Origin: Podarcis tiliguerta
Taxonomy: Eukaryota
NCBI GenBank assembly: GCA_965153285.1
Contig: OZ229120.1
DNA length: 64,000 nucleotides
Reading direction: 5' to 3' (one strand)
The notes under the pieces are model-generated. The model made no database searches, was not told the DNA's origin, and was given only the letters and a program-made list of their open reading frames with translations. The position numbers and the translations under genes are program-made. Below, in pieces: positions 34,775 through 48,272 of this stretch (position 1 is the stretch's first letter; each line of letters opens with the position of its first letter).

Positions 34775-37700
34775 CTGATGCTACAATGCTTTTTTGCTTT
34801 GCCATTAAGATTGGCAAATCTTAAGGCTCACAGTACATTAATAGTTTAGTTATTTGTACACAAGATACAAAATGGGACTCTTTCTTTCTTTCTTTCTTTC
34901 TTTCTCTCTCTCTCTGATACACGGTGCAGTAGTAAAAAAGCTTGTCTACTTCCATCGATAAGGAAAATTCTTTCCAACTATTGTTCATTTATTTGAGTCC
35001 TATTTTTCTGCAAATCACACACTGCAGATCAGGCAACTTGAATCATTTTCACATGTTACAAAATTGACCATATATCATTAGCCACCAAAGGCATAAATGT
35101 ATAAACACTTACTAACTTAGATGGGTTTTCCTCAAAAGGTAGTATCACCAAGCAATAAAGATTTCTATTGTAACAATCCTGCAGCTATGGAGTCAAGTAA
35201 AGCAATAAAAATGCAATATATCATCAAATTATTTCCATCCTCTTTTCAGATTATAATAGGTCCTATCTTGTTTGTATGAAACTGTTCGACAAATGGTGGC
35301 TTACCATCAGTCAGTAAGGGGGGAAAACCACATTTATTTACTGGTTGGCCATATGCGTGAAAATAAGGGAAGGAGAATGACAGATAAATTTCCTGGCTGA
35401 GTGGCTTGCTGTCAGACCCAATTCTTCTAAGTGTCGGTAGTATACCCTTTAGCTATCAGCAGAGTTCAATAGTAAAGAGCAGATTGTATCAAACCCTGCA
35501 CAATACAGCAAATACTTCTCTTGCTTTGCTATTTGCCCATATAATCAAACATTTAAAAGACTAGATGGGAAAATATTAATTTTTCAGAAGCACAAAAGGG
35601 GGGGGGACACTTATATCTCCCTGCTGCTCACCTCTATGTATTTTACACTTATTCAGTCTCATTGTGCAGCAGAAAAACTTTGAGGGGAAAGGTCAAATAC
35701 TGTATTATGCTTTTTAAAAAAAATCCTACTAAGGAGCTTACTATTGCTAGTTAGATGTATGGCTATCTTCCAAGCTTGGAATGGACAGTATTACACATCT
35801 AATAAAATGGGCTCTAAGTGAAAGGCTGTACACTGGACAATCATTTGCTAGACACATTTTATTATGATTAGCAACTACATTTATTTCATTAGTAAGTATG
35901 TGAAGTTACAGCCTACCCGTAGCAACCAACAAAATGTATCTGGGTTAGCAAAATGAACAGACAAAATCCAATGTCATACAAGTGGGACTTCAGCTTGTGC
36001 AATGGGACTTCTTCATCAACCCCACACACTTCATAGGGGGAGCAAAGGGAAAGATAGAAAAGGAGAGCCGTGTTGGACCAGAGGTTCCTTCCAGTGGCAG
36101 GATGTGACTATTGGATGTTACACACTGGATTCAAAACATGTTGGAGATACCCAATTTCAGTGGCACATACTGACGTTCTGGTGCATCCTTTGTGCGCTTT
36201 TATTTCAGTTTTTGCTTTGCTGGGAAATCACCTTCTCTTTAGATAACTTTTCATGTCTATTTGTCACACTAATAAAGTAATACCTCCTAAGGTTAAGTAA
36301 TATATTCTAAGGTTAACCGGAAAGTTTGATATCTTATACACCACTCAAAAGACTTCTGCATTCACATGCTCAAAGCTTAATGCCTGCTTATGTGAGGAAA
36401 GTCTACTACATAACCACACTTTTATATATATGGAATGAAATAACTTTAGTCCAGCTCAGTTTACCTCTGATGAGACATTTCTGGACAGAAGCAATTATAC
36501 ATTGTTTATGATTCAACAAGCATGAAGGCATTTAAAATAGTTTCTTCTACAGTATTTTAAAATTATATTAATAAGCAACATACATCTAACCTGATCATAA
36601 ATACATTCACTGAGAAATAAATCCCATTAATTTTAACAGGCTTACTTTTTACTAAGTGTGCTTGGGATTGTAAAACTAGTCATTTAAAAAAAATATGAAT
36701 GCCTTAAAAACCACAGGGTTATTTGGAAGAGATTGTGCGCTGCAACACCGAAGGGCCTATTCTACTGTGGCTTCTGGTTTGGACCAGGTGGCATGAAAAA
36801 TATAGAGAGTCCCACCATTGTACTCCTTCTGCCCAAATCAAAAAATAGTTTCAATGGTTGGATACTTTTGTTTACCTGCCCCCCCCCCCCCATATCCCTC
36901 ACTTTAAAGTACATTGATTATTTGGTTTATCTTACTGCCAGCATTCTCTATATATTTGCAAGTAACTATTTACTATGATATGAACGTTTTGTATTTTTCT
37001 TTTCTCTCTAACTAAATTCTTCAGTAATTTTAATTTGTAATGTTCAGATAGTGCACTCCTTACAAAAGATGTTAAGAACAGTAGTTGTCCTCAAGGACCC
37101 ATTTGCTTAGCCCTAACTAGATCTTAATAGGAGTGTTTCCAGCCTATAAATAACCCCAAAGAACAATACTGTACAATGTATTTCATGCCGATTTTGTCTT
37201 TATAAATAGCAGTTCACAGAACAGTAGACATATCATAAATTAAACACAGTATATACCCTAAAGAATAATTGCTGCAGTGTTTTAATTAACAGAAACTCTA
37301 AACACACAATTGCTTAAATACTTGGATAGAATAAATTATCTTACAAGATCCAAGTAATAAAAAAAAAATCAACTGGTGCAGAAGTCCCAAATTATGTGCT
37401 ATGAGAGAACTGCTTCTGTGTCATGAAAATAATGATTAAAATCAGATCATTAAAGGTTCCCAGGGGCCCAAAGCAGCCACCCACAGCTGCTACTCACTAT
37501 ATCTCTACATAAAGTAATACTCTGGAATTCCGTCCTTCCAACTGGAAATAGAATTGCTAATTCTGCCCCATATCTACAAGAAACTGCCTATTATTATTAT
37601 TATTATTATTATTATACCACCCTATACCTGGGGGGAGGTCCTCAGGGGTTTACATGAGCCTTATCCAGGAAAGAAGCCGAAAGGAAGTAGTTTTGGATAC

Positions 37701-38311
37701 AAGCATAATCCCAAAATCAATTCTGCAAAGGTGGTAGCCCTAGCATAAACTATAGCTCCAAGGAACTGCTGGGATTTGCCATACTGATGTGTTCAGCAGC
37801 ACCTTGGACAAGGACAAGAAGAAGAGGCAGATTTTTCTCCTCTTATTTCACAGACAATGCACTGCATGTTGGCCAATATAGGTGAGGCTTTTAAATAAAA
37901 AGGGGAAAGTTTGGGAAGGGGATTTGAGTGTTGGACAAGGGAAGGGCTGGAAATTCTTAAATCAAAGCCAGAAAATAATTCGGGACCTTTTATAGCCTGC
38001 CTATTCCTTGCAGTGAGCTTCATGAGCCTCAAAGGTAATTTCCAGGTGCATGCCCACTACATTTTGCTGGCATCTCTAATTTTCTTTAATCCTTCAGTGT
38101 CTTACTATGGGAACTCAAACTGAACCTTTGATTTACAAAGCATAAATTCTAAAGGCTGCCTATGACCTAAATTACGCTCTTCAGAGCCCCCAAACCAGAA
38201 CACAGTAATATAATTACTAAATATCACACCAAATAAAGATGTCCCCAAATCATGTCGGCTGAAAGTAGAGATGTCATGTCCTTTGAAAATTGCACTCTCC
38301 TTACCTTAACT

Positions 38312-38448
38312 CAACCTTTTCTAACCTGGTGTCCTCCAGATGTTTTGGGACTACAAAGACTATGATCTCTACCTAATGATCATGCTGGCTGGGGCTCATG
38401 GGAGATGTAGTCCCCAAGTTCTAGGGGGCACCAGGGTGGGCAAGGCTG
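38312..38448. mobile_element. Palindromic hAT-type MITE
   Basis: cctccagatgttttgggactaca ... tgtagtcccc arms; TSD ccttaact/ccttaagc. Confidence 0.7.
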
Positions 38449-39249
38449 CCTTAAGCCAATAGCAATACGACAGTGATACAATGATAGTGGTTTCCTTATT
38501 GAATTTTCAACACAATGGAAAAAGCCAAACCTTTATCACTCATCAGCTACCTAATACATATACACAGTTAAAATGTGTTAAGAGCTAACTAATCTCGTTG
38601 AAAACAAGTGACGATTTTCTAGGTTCTACCCTTTCATTGTAAATTTCCATTCTACTATTTACACTTACTAGTGAAGGTAACCGTTGGCAAGCAGAATGGA
38701 ATAAAAAATGAACATTACGGAGCGAACACACTAAACAGATGGTGCTTACTTCAGTGGCCTACTTACTTAAATTAAACATTGATATAGTGTTGTGGTAGGG
38801 CCTGTCATTTGCCTGTCATCTCATCCACGCCTCAACATAAAGCAAGTATATTTTGCAAACAGGTAAGATCTTACTGTACCTAGCGCTTATTGTAAGTGCA
38901 AAGAGATTTACAGCCCGTACCAGCAGGTAAATAAACAGCTTGTGCAATGGAGTGGAATTAAGTATCCAGCCACAGACAGAAAGCCAATACTTTACAAATG
39001 GGAGCGCTACAGCCCAGCTGCCAGAGGCATCTACATGAAGCTCCTTAAGTACTATTACTCACGAGTCTCTCCAGATACAGTTTGTTATCCCCACCTTAAG
39101 TGGTTCCCTCTAGTTTTGCTTCTGCATTAGACATGATGAATGTATTACAGGAATTCTGATGGGGGGGGGGGGAATTAAGCTACAGGGGAAGCAACACAAG
39201 CCTTTCACCAATTCTGTCCATGATTTTCTGACACTCAGGTGGTACTCAC

Positions 39250-39307
39250 CTACGTAGGCTTCCTCCTCCACTGGTAAACGGACAGACATGCAAAGGTAGG
39301 TATCAGA
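39250..39307 (-). CDS. PAM: PAM exon 4: SDTYLCMSVRLPVEEEAYV
   Basis: TTCCAG|TCT ... G|GTGAGT; 58 nt; contains the conserved DTYxC motif (rat Y79 equivalent). Confidence 0.97.
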
Positions 39308-40724
39308 CTGGAATGATACAACAGGAGGAAAAAGATTAGTCATATTTCCCCCCAAAAAAGTCAAAATTTGCTAATTTCACAAACAGTTCACCTTCCATAT
39401 ATGTATAAATTTATTGCAACAGGTGACCTTGAAAACAGCTAAAATAACTTTTAGAGAAGTATGCCTATATGATAAACTAATGATAAACTAGCTATAACAT
39501 ACTTTTTACTTCTATATTAGATTGTATATTAGATAATCAGTATTTCTAGAGGGTATGCATTTCTGGCTAGGATAAGAATTTACACAAAGCAAACCAACTA
39601 TATTAATCAGAAAATGGCTAAAATAGGTAAGCTGGGTCCTCAATGCTCTTCTACATATAGTTCTTTGATGCCAGGAGCACATTGGTGAGTCAGCTACTGA
39701 GGAATTAATACACACACTCGACAACAGCTTCCAGGCTAAGAGACAAATGTACAGCCTGCAGTAGTCATTTTGTGCTATAGCTCTACTCTGGGGCTATTGC
39801 AATGGAACACAGGAACTGTATCCTCTAGTGGCAAGCAAATCAAGAATACTATACAGCATATTCTGATATTATTGTGTGGGCTGCCGGGGACAGGGGGCAG
39901 CAGAGAAGTACATTAAAAGTGAGTAATTAACAAGGAAGTTCCTCGTGTAAGCATTTCCCTGGAAATGAAAAGGAGCAAGACAAAGCCATGCTGGATTTTG
40001 CCCCAAATGCACTTCTAAGCACTAGCTAAATCTCTCTACAGATATGCACTTGGATAATACCAGGGGGGCGGGGGGAATAATCAAATCAATATTACTTCAA
40101 GGTAGAGGACATATTCCCAAGTCACACATCCTCCCCATACCATACCCTTGTTCTCATACAATATTAAACATAATTAAGTAGTTCACTCTGGGTATAGAGA
40201 ATACCAAGAATGGAAATCCATAACTGTGTCTGTATGCTCCTCACTTCAATTAACATTAATGAAAGTTAATCAAGAGAATGTTTCCCTTAGAAGTAAGCAA
40301 TGGAAAGTCGGCTGAGAGACACATTTGTAATTGTCTTCAGTGCAAATTGGAACATGACAACCCTGTACAGACATCAGTTACTTCACAAGTCCCAGCAGTC
40401 ACACAATGCCGTGAAATGCAAGATGTGTAGGGCCAGCATGACCCACGTTTTACAAGTGCCTGTGCTAATTTCGTGGCTGCAAGTTGCTACTGTTTCAAAA
40501 GCCTAAGCTTTTTAAGAGACAATGGAGCTGAAGTCCACAATTCTAACTGAAGACACAAACTAACTGAATTCCAGCCATATGTATTTGCCCTTCCAAATTT
40601 TTGCAGAAATATTAAACATGAAGCAAGACAACTGTTTGTGTAGGTTATCCTATATACAATACAAGGCATTTGGAACTGAGGAACTATATATGTGAAAGAG
40701 AATAAATCAGAGAATATTTTCCCT

Positions 40725-40840
40725 TAAACCTTTGGCCCTCCAGATGTTGCTAAACTATAGCTCCCTTCATCTGTGCTTGCTAAGGCTGGTGGGAGTTGTA
40801 GCTCAACAACATGTGGAGAGCCAAATGATCTCAATGCCTC
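40725..40840. mobile_element. Degenerate palindromic hAT-type MITE
   Basis: ggccctccagatgttgctaaactatagctccc / gggagttgtagctcaacaacatgtggagagcc arms. Confidence 0.6.
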
Positions 40841-43800
40841 CCCAAAATGAAGTTCTTATTTGTTCTGCAGGTTCCAGTTCTATATTCTGGTACTGTATTA
40901 CCACAGCAAGCTTATCTTCTACATATGTTACACCTTTGCATTTTTCCCTTGCACCATGATGTCAAGTCCCATTCAACTCCCCATGGACTACAAGAATTAA
41001 TAAAGTTTTGAACCATGTGGGAAATGTGCAAGAGTATTATTATTAGCAGCACAACAACAGCAGAAGCAGCAAGATACACTTGCCATTTTCCCCCAGAAAT
41101 TTAACATATTAAACAAGTTTCCTAGAATTTCTTTGCCACCAGTGATGGACAATCTGGATACAATGACAGATCATAGTTCATTGTTATGAGACCAATCACA
41201 GTGAGCTCGGGAAACACAGCCCTCTCCCCCTCTGGTGAGAGTTTTGAACTCCTGAGGAAGAGTTTGGAAGCTTCTACTTCTGTTTTTAGCTAACCAAAGT
41301 GAAATGTTATGTCTGAACCCAGACAGACAGTGATAAGTCTTGTGGCTGGTTGAAATAAGCCAACTTTAAACCATAGTTTACGAAGTTCCCTTGTTTTCTC
41401 TATCTATATTTAAGATTAATCACAGAGTAGGCAGGGATGGGGTGCAACAATAGACAGTCATTAACTAGTAAGTTCCAATCTCTTCTTTGTGACTGCATTG
41501 GACGAGGCAAGGAGAAGGAAAAACACACAAACCTTAGGCACATGCTTGTTTCTATAACCCAATGTTTATCATTACATTCAAGCTGGCTCATTGATTAAAC
41601 AAAAAGACACTTATGGTGGACTTTGAGATTTGCTTAAATGACTAGCACTAAAATGAAACATATTATATATGACCTCTAACACCTTGCTGGTCTCCACTGT
41701 GCCTCATTTCTAAAGGAAACACAAACCCTAAGTAAGCGCGAGGAAACCTGGAATCTCACACCGCTTAGAAATTGGGGCGGTCTATAGCACTATTTCCCCC
41801 TCAAAAACAAGACATTTAATCAAAAGAAGATTTTAAAATTTCCACTCTCTAGATTTGCAGAGGATTCTGAAGCAAGTTACAAATCCCCAAATAATGGGAT
41901 AATTTCCTAATAATACAGGGCACTCTAATTCTGCCGACTTCATCACTTCAAAGTAAATAATTCACACAGAGAAATAACTTTAATGACTGTACAAGACCCA
42001 TTGCTCTTTATCTTTCAAGCTGTCAGTGTTTGATAGTCATCTACACTAATGGCTATACTTCTATTAATAAACAAAAATAGACGAGCACTGAAAATGTCAA
42101 TTGCTCTGCAATCTTCTGTCATTATTTCATATATTAGTCTGCAAGCAAACATATGCAAGCTCAGACATTAATGGTTTGGCAGCACTTGCAAACACACAAA
42201 GTGAACCACCTTATTCTTTAACACACTTGCCTGATGAGTTCCTAAATACTTTCCAAACACTGAAAGAAAATAATGAACTACTTAAATTGCCTTTCTCCTA
42301 CTTTCCTTCCCAAGCATTCAGTGTAAAAGTGTTGTTCATTCATTTTTTCCCATACTAAATGCATTAAAACTAATAAAAAGATTAAACCTTTCCAAGTTCA
42401 AAGCTTCTGGTCTTATGGTTGCTTATGCATGTGAAAGCTGATAAATTTGCAATAATAATATTTTTTTAAAAAAGGTCATAGTGGAGGTTTGGAGCTCTAG
42501 GTTCAAACTTCCCCATGCAAAATATCATTACATTGATCTTTGGTCAATGAGAGGCTACAGGTTTGGGGACAAAGAGGATTAATTTGGGCATGATTTTTGT
42601 GGCTTAGCAGAAGTAGGCAGCATTTATCCTGTACAGATTTATCCTGTCACTTAGAGGCTGCAGCCAGTCGAGTCTGCTTTTTTTCATAAGTCCTGAATAG
42701 CAAGTCACGCTTATGAACAATTTAAATGACAGCAGCCATTTTCATGTACTGCCTCCAAATAAATTAAATAGTTATGAAAGGATTCATTTTCCAGTGATGC
42801 ATGTTCTTCTGTTATTCACCATCCCATTTCCTTGATATCACTTTGAGTAGCTCTGTACAGAGGGTAAAAGATAGCCTCTGTATTATACATTTGAGCAAGA
42901 TTCAAAATGTAAAATGCAAATGCCAAGCTTTGAACAGCAAAGATCTGAAGCACAATTAGCGATAGGAGGTTGATGCAAGAATATATTTTTTCCCATTCTT
43001 ACCAGTAAGCATTACTTAAGGCTGCCCTTGTTCTTTACAATATCACAGGCCTTTATGTAAAAAGCCCATTGTTCTAATTAGCCAACCCAGATGAAGAATT
43101 TTTCAAGGACTGATTTTTGCACATATGCCATCTGTATTCATACTACAATGAACCCTGCCAACAGTGCTTAGAATTATTCCAGATGAATGCTACATTATTT
43201 CACGCTGTAGTGCAAGTATTTTTTTTGCCCACACAGAGAGCTCTGCTATTCTCAAACGATTTACGCAAGGTAGATTCCTGGAAGTCTTATTTTATTCCTT
43301 TAGAATAATTAACCTAACAAATGCCACCACCAAAGACAGCCTGAACATGATAGCAGGTAGGATGCTGCTTTTTTTTATTAAAAAGGGGCGTGTAAACTAT
43401 GAGAGCCGTGTGGTGCTGAGAATGCCTATATGCTACAAAGGTTTCCACGCACATTAATCCTAGCATGAAAGAAACATTAGGACATACATGTGTTGGGAGT
43501 CAGGTTATACTGATCTGTGAACAAAAGAATAGGAGAGTCACTTAGAGCATCCCATGCACAGGTGAGATGAAAGTGTTAAAACTATTGCCTTCCCACAGAT
43601 GCTTCTCAGCGGCTGTTTTTCTCCACTCCTACAATAAGAAAGTTGATGTGGGTTTTAATCTGCTTTTAGTCTACTGCTATTTTAACTTTTCAGAAGCTGC
43701 AGTTCAAGTCACTGGCCCAGTTCAGATATCACATTCCAAAGCATTGTCTGGAGGACTGAGCACAAGCTAAGGGTTTGCACATTCTCCTTTGTTTGCTGGC

Positions 43801-45459
43801 TTGATTTAGCAATAATTTGTTCCTAATGGCTGGTTTGGAGGATCAGAAACATGACATTTGAACTGTGCTATTACAATCTACTCCAAGCATGTGAGCATGC
43901 TGCAAACTATTCAAGAATGAAAACACATTTATGAAAAAGCTCCCATAATTTTACTTCTCTTATTGTGAAAGATGATCACCATGATGGGTGATATCACGTG
44001 AAATTAATGGAAACTCATTGAAATGAGCTGCACATAAGCATAAGAGTCTCGTTGGAATTTATTCTAAGCCTCTGAGGCTGCCACTATGGACACATAGCTA
44101 AATCACAGTCTTTCCAAGCTACTGTTCCATGGTACAATACTTTTTGACTTTATAGCCTGGTGGCTAGGATCTCCACCTGCTATACCATAGATACTTTCAG
44201 TTGGACAGCACATGGATTTTTCTACACCTGCAGATTCCAAGTATTTGTGTGGCTTGATTTCCAGAAAAGGTTTTTTACAGAATATTTTCACTTGAGTCCT
44301 ACTTGAAGCATTCTTTCTCTACAGCCAAGAAATTGAAACAGATGGTTCCAATCATAAGTTCCAGGAAATGCTCCCCAATAGCTAAATCACTTGTTTCAGC
44401 TTCTATTTGTGCAAGTGCTATCTGCAACAATGAGTCATCTCATCGGCTGCAGAACATCCTATTCTTGTAATGCTTCTGAAGCTCTTAACGCTGCTACTAA
44501 TTTCATGACTGGCAGTTCTATCTAAACATTATTTAATCTCTTTTTAGCAGGGACTCTGAAATCCTGTAGAGCTTTTTGCCCATCTCCATGATGACTAGGA
44601 AAACATATGCAAAGTAAGAGAAATTATGTACATGTAATTGCCATTGCGTATACACAATCTAGCTTTTCTAAGTTTTTTTTTTAATCATCTTCACAGTGAA
44701 TTTTCATAAAAACACAAACTCTTATATTGGCCTTTCTGGGTTAGCAATTAAATGGTTATTAGGCTCCAAGACTGACTGCTGGATGTTTGCCAACACTGTA
44801 GAAGAGAGATTCAAGGATTTGGGGTAGAGTGCCTAATAAGTTTAGGGTAGAGAAGCACCTGAAACTGCATAACTGAAAGAAGAGAACTGTTTAAACAACC
44901 TGACCTGGTAAGCAAAAACACAACCAAGTGTCTTGTGGTGCCTTAAAGACCAACATATTTATTATAGCATGAGCTTTATCAAAGCCTATTTCACTAGATC
45001 CCTAATATATTATCCTCAATTGCAGACTATATATGATCAGGTGTCCTTAATCTTGGGTAAGACATCAAGGTCTTTAACTAATACACATGGCAATAGGGAA
45101 AGAACAAGGGATCACCTATAAATCTTTTGTCTTATAAAAGGAGAAAAAACTCTAGTTCCTTATTTAGCTTACAGGGGGCCAAATCTTTGTCCTCAGTAAA
45201 ATCCTATTGTCGTCTGTGTGCAATTTCTCCCAAAACTTTAAATATATTGGAGAGTAATTCAGTTTTATAAAATGGTTAATCAGAGGGATTCCCAGTTGTT
45301 TGTTTCTAATGTTATTAAGACATTCACCTACAGACTTCTAAAGAATCCTAAAAAGTTTTACCCACATAAATATTCTGGTATTTACACCAAATTGCATAAA
45401 TCACACAGACTGTTTTACAGGTGGAGAAATGTTTCAGGACGTATCTTATAGGACGTATC

Positions 45460-45732
45460 TTATATGACCTTTAAAGCCCTAAACAGCTTTGGCCCTGTAT
45501 ATCGGTACCTGAAGGAGAGGCTCCAACCACATCGTCCAACCCAGACTCTGAGATCTAACTCCGAGGGCCTTCTGGTGGTTTCCTCATTGCAAGAGATGAA
45601 GTTACAGAGAACCAGGAGGAGGGCCTTTTCAGTAGTAGCACCTGCCCTGTGGAATGCCCTCGCAGCAGATGTCAAACTGCTATGTGATTTTTAAAAGACA
45701 TCTGAAGGCAGCCCTCTACAGGGAAGTTTTAA
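45460..45732 (+). mobile_element. L2 LINE ORF2 3' fragment
   Basis: Peptide TFKALNSFGP..YLKERL...TLRS...RAFSVVAPALWNAL...FKRHLKAALY is a typical L2 C-terminus. Confidence 0.85.
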
Positions 45733-46359
45733 GCACCACGGGAAATACTGGCAAGTGCACAGACACCCATGGTAGCTGGTTTATCCACTCCAGCTTTAGA
45801 CTGTTCTACAAAGAACAAAAGGAAAAATTCCACCCAACTAATTTAGTTTATGCAACTAAAATCGTTTCAGATCTACCTTTAAAAGATCAACTTATTTTAA
45901 TCTGATTGCCTCTAGCTAGTTTAGGCCAGTTCCCTGACTAGGCTTCTAGAATATTCTTAAGTTGCTCTAAGGATAGGTTACCAAAAAAACGAATCTGCAT
46001 GAAGTTGACATTGCTCCAATTCTAACAAGTCTTCACCGGAGAATTCATATTAATATTCCCTCGAAACAGTCACTGGTTCTTTACAGAATCTGTTAGTGAG
46101 AATCACAGGAAAGCATGTATTCCACAGGGGCCTAGCATATGGTCATCTGAGAAGCCATCAAGCATTCTAAGCAACAGTGAGAACAAGCAGGACAATCCAG
46201 CTCTCCATGGACTCTTAACTCAGGGTCATTCAGAAGTCATCACAAGACAGATGTACCGATTGTAAATCTCTACCTGTTAATAAAGCGACATGACTACCTT
46301 TGTTCCTATTACTACAAGCAAAGTAATAAGCTGATCTACATACGGACTTCTGTTCTCAC

Positions 46360-46480
46360 CTGCTTAGGAGTTACCCCCGGCATGCGAATGTCCAATGCAA
46401 AATCTGATAAACTTAGAGGAACCAGCTGCCTGTTGCTGCCCAGGCATTCATTAGAATGTGACTTGCCAGAATCTTTATAC
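46360..46480 (-). CDS. PAM: PAM exon 3: (R)YKDSGKSHSNECLGSNRQLVPLSLSDFALDIRMPGVTPKQ
   Basis: TTTCAG|G ... CAG|GTGAGA; 121 nt; matches the PHM N-terminus (SNECLG, DFALDIRMPGVTPKQ). Confidence 0.97.
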
Positions 46481-47747
46481 CTGAAATTAAGAAGAAATAT
46501 TAAATATGTACCTTTTATTTAAATGCATTTCACAACTTGTATAACTCATACAGGTGCTCCAACAACATTCACTGCAGCTAGAATAATTTGAGAAATCCAT
46601 GTGTGGATTACATAATACAGTTTGAAATATTAAGAACTGGCAAAACAATCATTTCATACACCAGGTCAAATGGTGGCTACCATGTCCCAAGTTTACCGTG
46701 TACTGATAGGAAGGAAAGTTGTATTGATGAAACAAGTTCTTTGATATGTTTCAGCCAACTAAGCATCCAAACTAACATGCCAATTCACACATGTATCCAA
46801 GGAAGTTTGCAGGGCTTCCCCCCCCCGCCAATTCACAACAAAAAAGCCCATGCAGATCTCTTTACAAGGAGACTACCAAGAAGTCACTTCATGGATAACA
46901 CTTCATGATTGCTTCAGTTAGTTGCAACATGCAAACTATGGAATGAATTAATAGATGAGGAAATCCTTAATAAGCAAATATACAGCAGAACTCCCAATGC
47001 ATAGCTGAATAAGCCTGGGGGGGAAACTTCCTGCATTTCTCTTCCTGAACTGTGATTGAAAACAATTGTCTAATCACACGTATTTGCATCTTTTGTATGG
47101 ATACCAAAGAAGTCACAGAAAATTTTGTTCCCTATTATTTGTATAGGAAGAGAATCCAGAAAAAAAACCTCCTATAAAATATAGTGGGGGAACCCTAGAC
47201 ATGCCTCCTAGTTTCAGGACAGCTAGATATAAGCAGCCTTTGATGCAATGTGAATACTAAATATATCCATGGATAAATATTTGATGTGGCAATTACGGGG
47301 ACTGTGCTGTACATACAACCATACTGTCTTGTGAGCAAATAAAGCAGACTTCCGCTTAAGAAGGTATCCATAAATGAAAGACATCTTCCAGAAGGCTAAT
47401 CAAACAACTGATAAGTTACCTGATGCACTTTAAAAAGAGATTTCAAAGGACTAATGGGAAGGACATTGTATATAAAAAAGTTACTTACTTCCTACAGAGC
47501 CTGTCAAGCTCACATTGAATTTAGATAAAAAAGTTATTGCAAAGCAGTATAAGAACGATGATGTAACGCACCAAATATTTCAGTATTAACCAAAACCAAT
47601 TATAATCACATTTTAAAAAAATAAAAAATAAGCCAGTTATATTTTTAGAATGTTTACTTTGCTGGAAGCTTCACTTTTAAAGCCACAACACAAATCAAGG
47701 AAAAGCAGACGGCAACACTAAGCAGCGCACACTGATAAACAACCCAC

Positions 47748-47839
47748 CTCTTAAAGACAGAAAGTGGGCTTCTGAAAGCCAAACAGCTGTTTTGAAAAAT
47801 AAGGAACAATATTAGCAGGTTGTTAACGAGGCCAGCCAT
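47748..47839 (-). CDS. PAM: PAM first coding exon (exon 2), coding part: signal peptide and propeptide MAGLVNNLLILFLIFQNSCLA-FRSPLSVFK(R)
   Basis: ATG at 47839 in strong Kozak context (GTGAACATGG). Hydrophobic signal followed by the conserved PAM propeptide FRSPLSVFKR. Donor AG|GTGGGT; 92 nt, phase 2. Confidence 0.97.
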
Positions 47840-48272
47840 GTTCACGCTGCTGTTCCTGACCCGATTAAGGAAGCAGGGAAAGGGCAGTGCAGCTCTGTCG
47901 GCTGTGATCCTGACAATTAGGCAGCAGCACTGCTATCAGTTTGCTACTTCATTATGATGTTCTCCACAGGCATCCTACAGCTTTTGACAGACCATCTGTC
48001 CTGGAAGGTGGTGTGCTCTAAATCAGTAAGGTGAGATGATACTGTGCCTTCTTCATTGGAAGCAGGGGGGGAAAGTAGGAAAGGGAGGAGGGCAGGGGAG
48101 AGAGTCTTTCCTTTGCTATGTCCAGTAACAGAGCAGAAGCAGAATTCACAGCCGTGGTGCTTTATTCCAGCCTACTGTAAAATCTCCATTTTGGAAAAAA
48201 AATCAATCCATTCCACAGTGCAAGAGACTCCAAGTGGCACTGCAGAAACCCATGTCGCTCGTCATTCAGGAC
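47840..48272 (-). other. PAM: Putative 5'UTR part of PAM exon 2
   Basis: Strong acceptor TTTCTATTTTTGCAG|GTCC at 48272. The resulting 433-nt UTR part is similar in scale to the mammalian exon as I recall it. The boundary is not proven without transcripts. Confidence 0.55.

Noticed and set aside
45436-45463. 14-bp tandem duplication aggacgtatcttat
   Set aside because: A micro-duplication at the 5' junction of an L2 fragment, with no sign of function.
8980-47748. U12-type (minor) introns suggested by frequent GTAT donors
   Set aside because: The donors are GTATGT/GTATGA, not GTATCCTT; all are U2-type.
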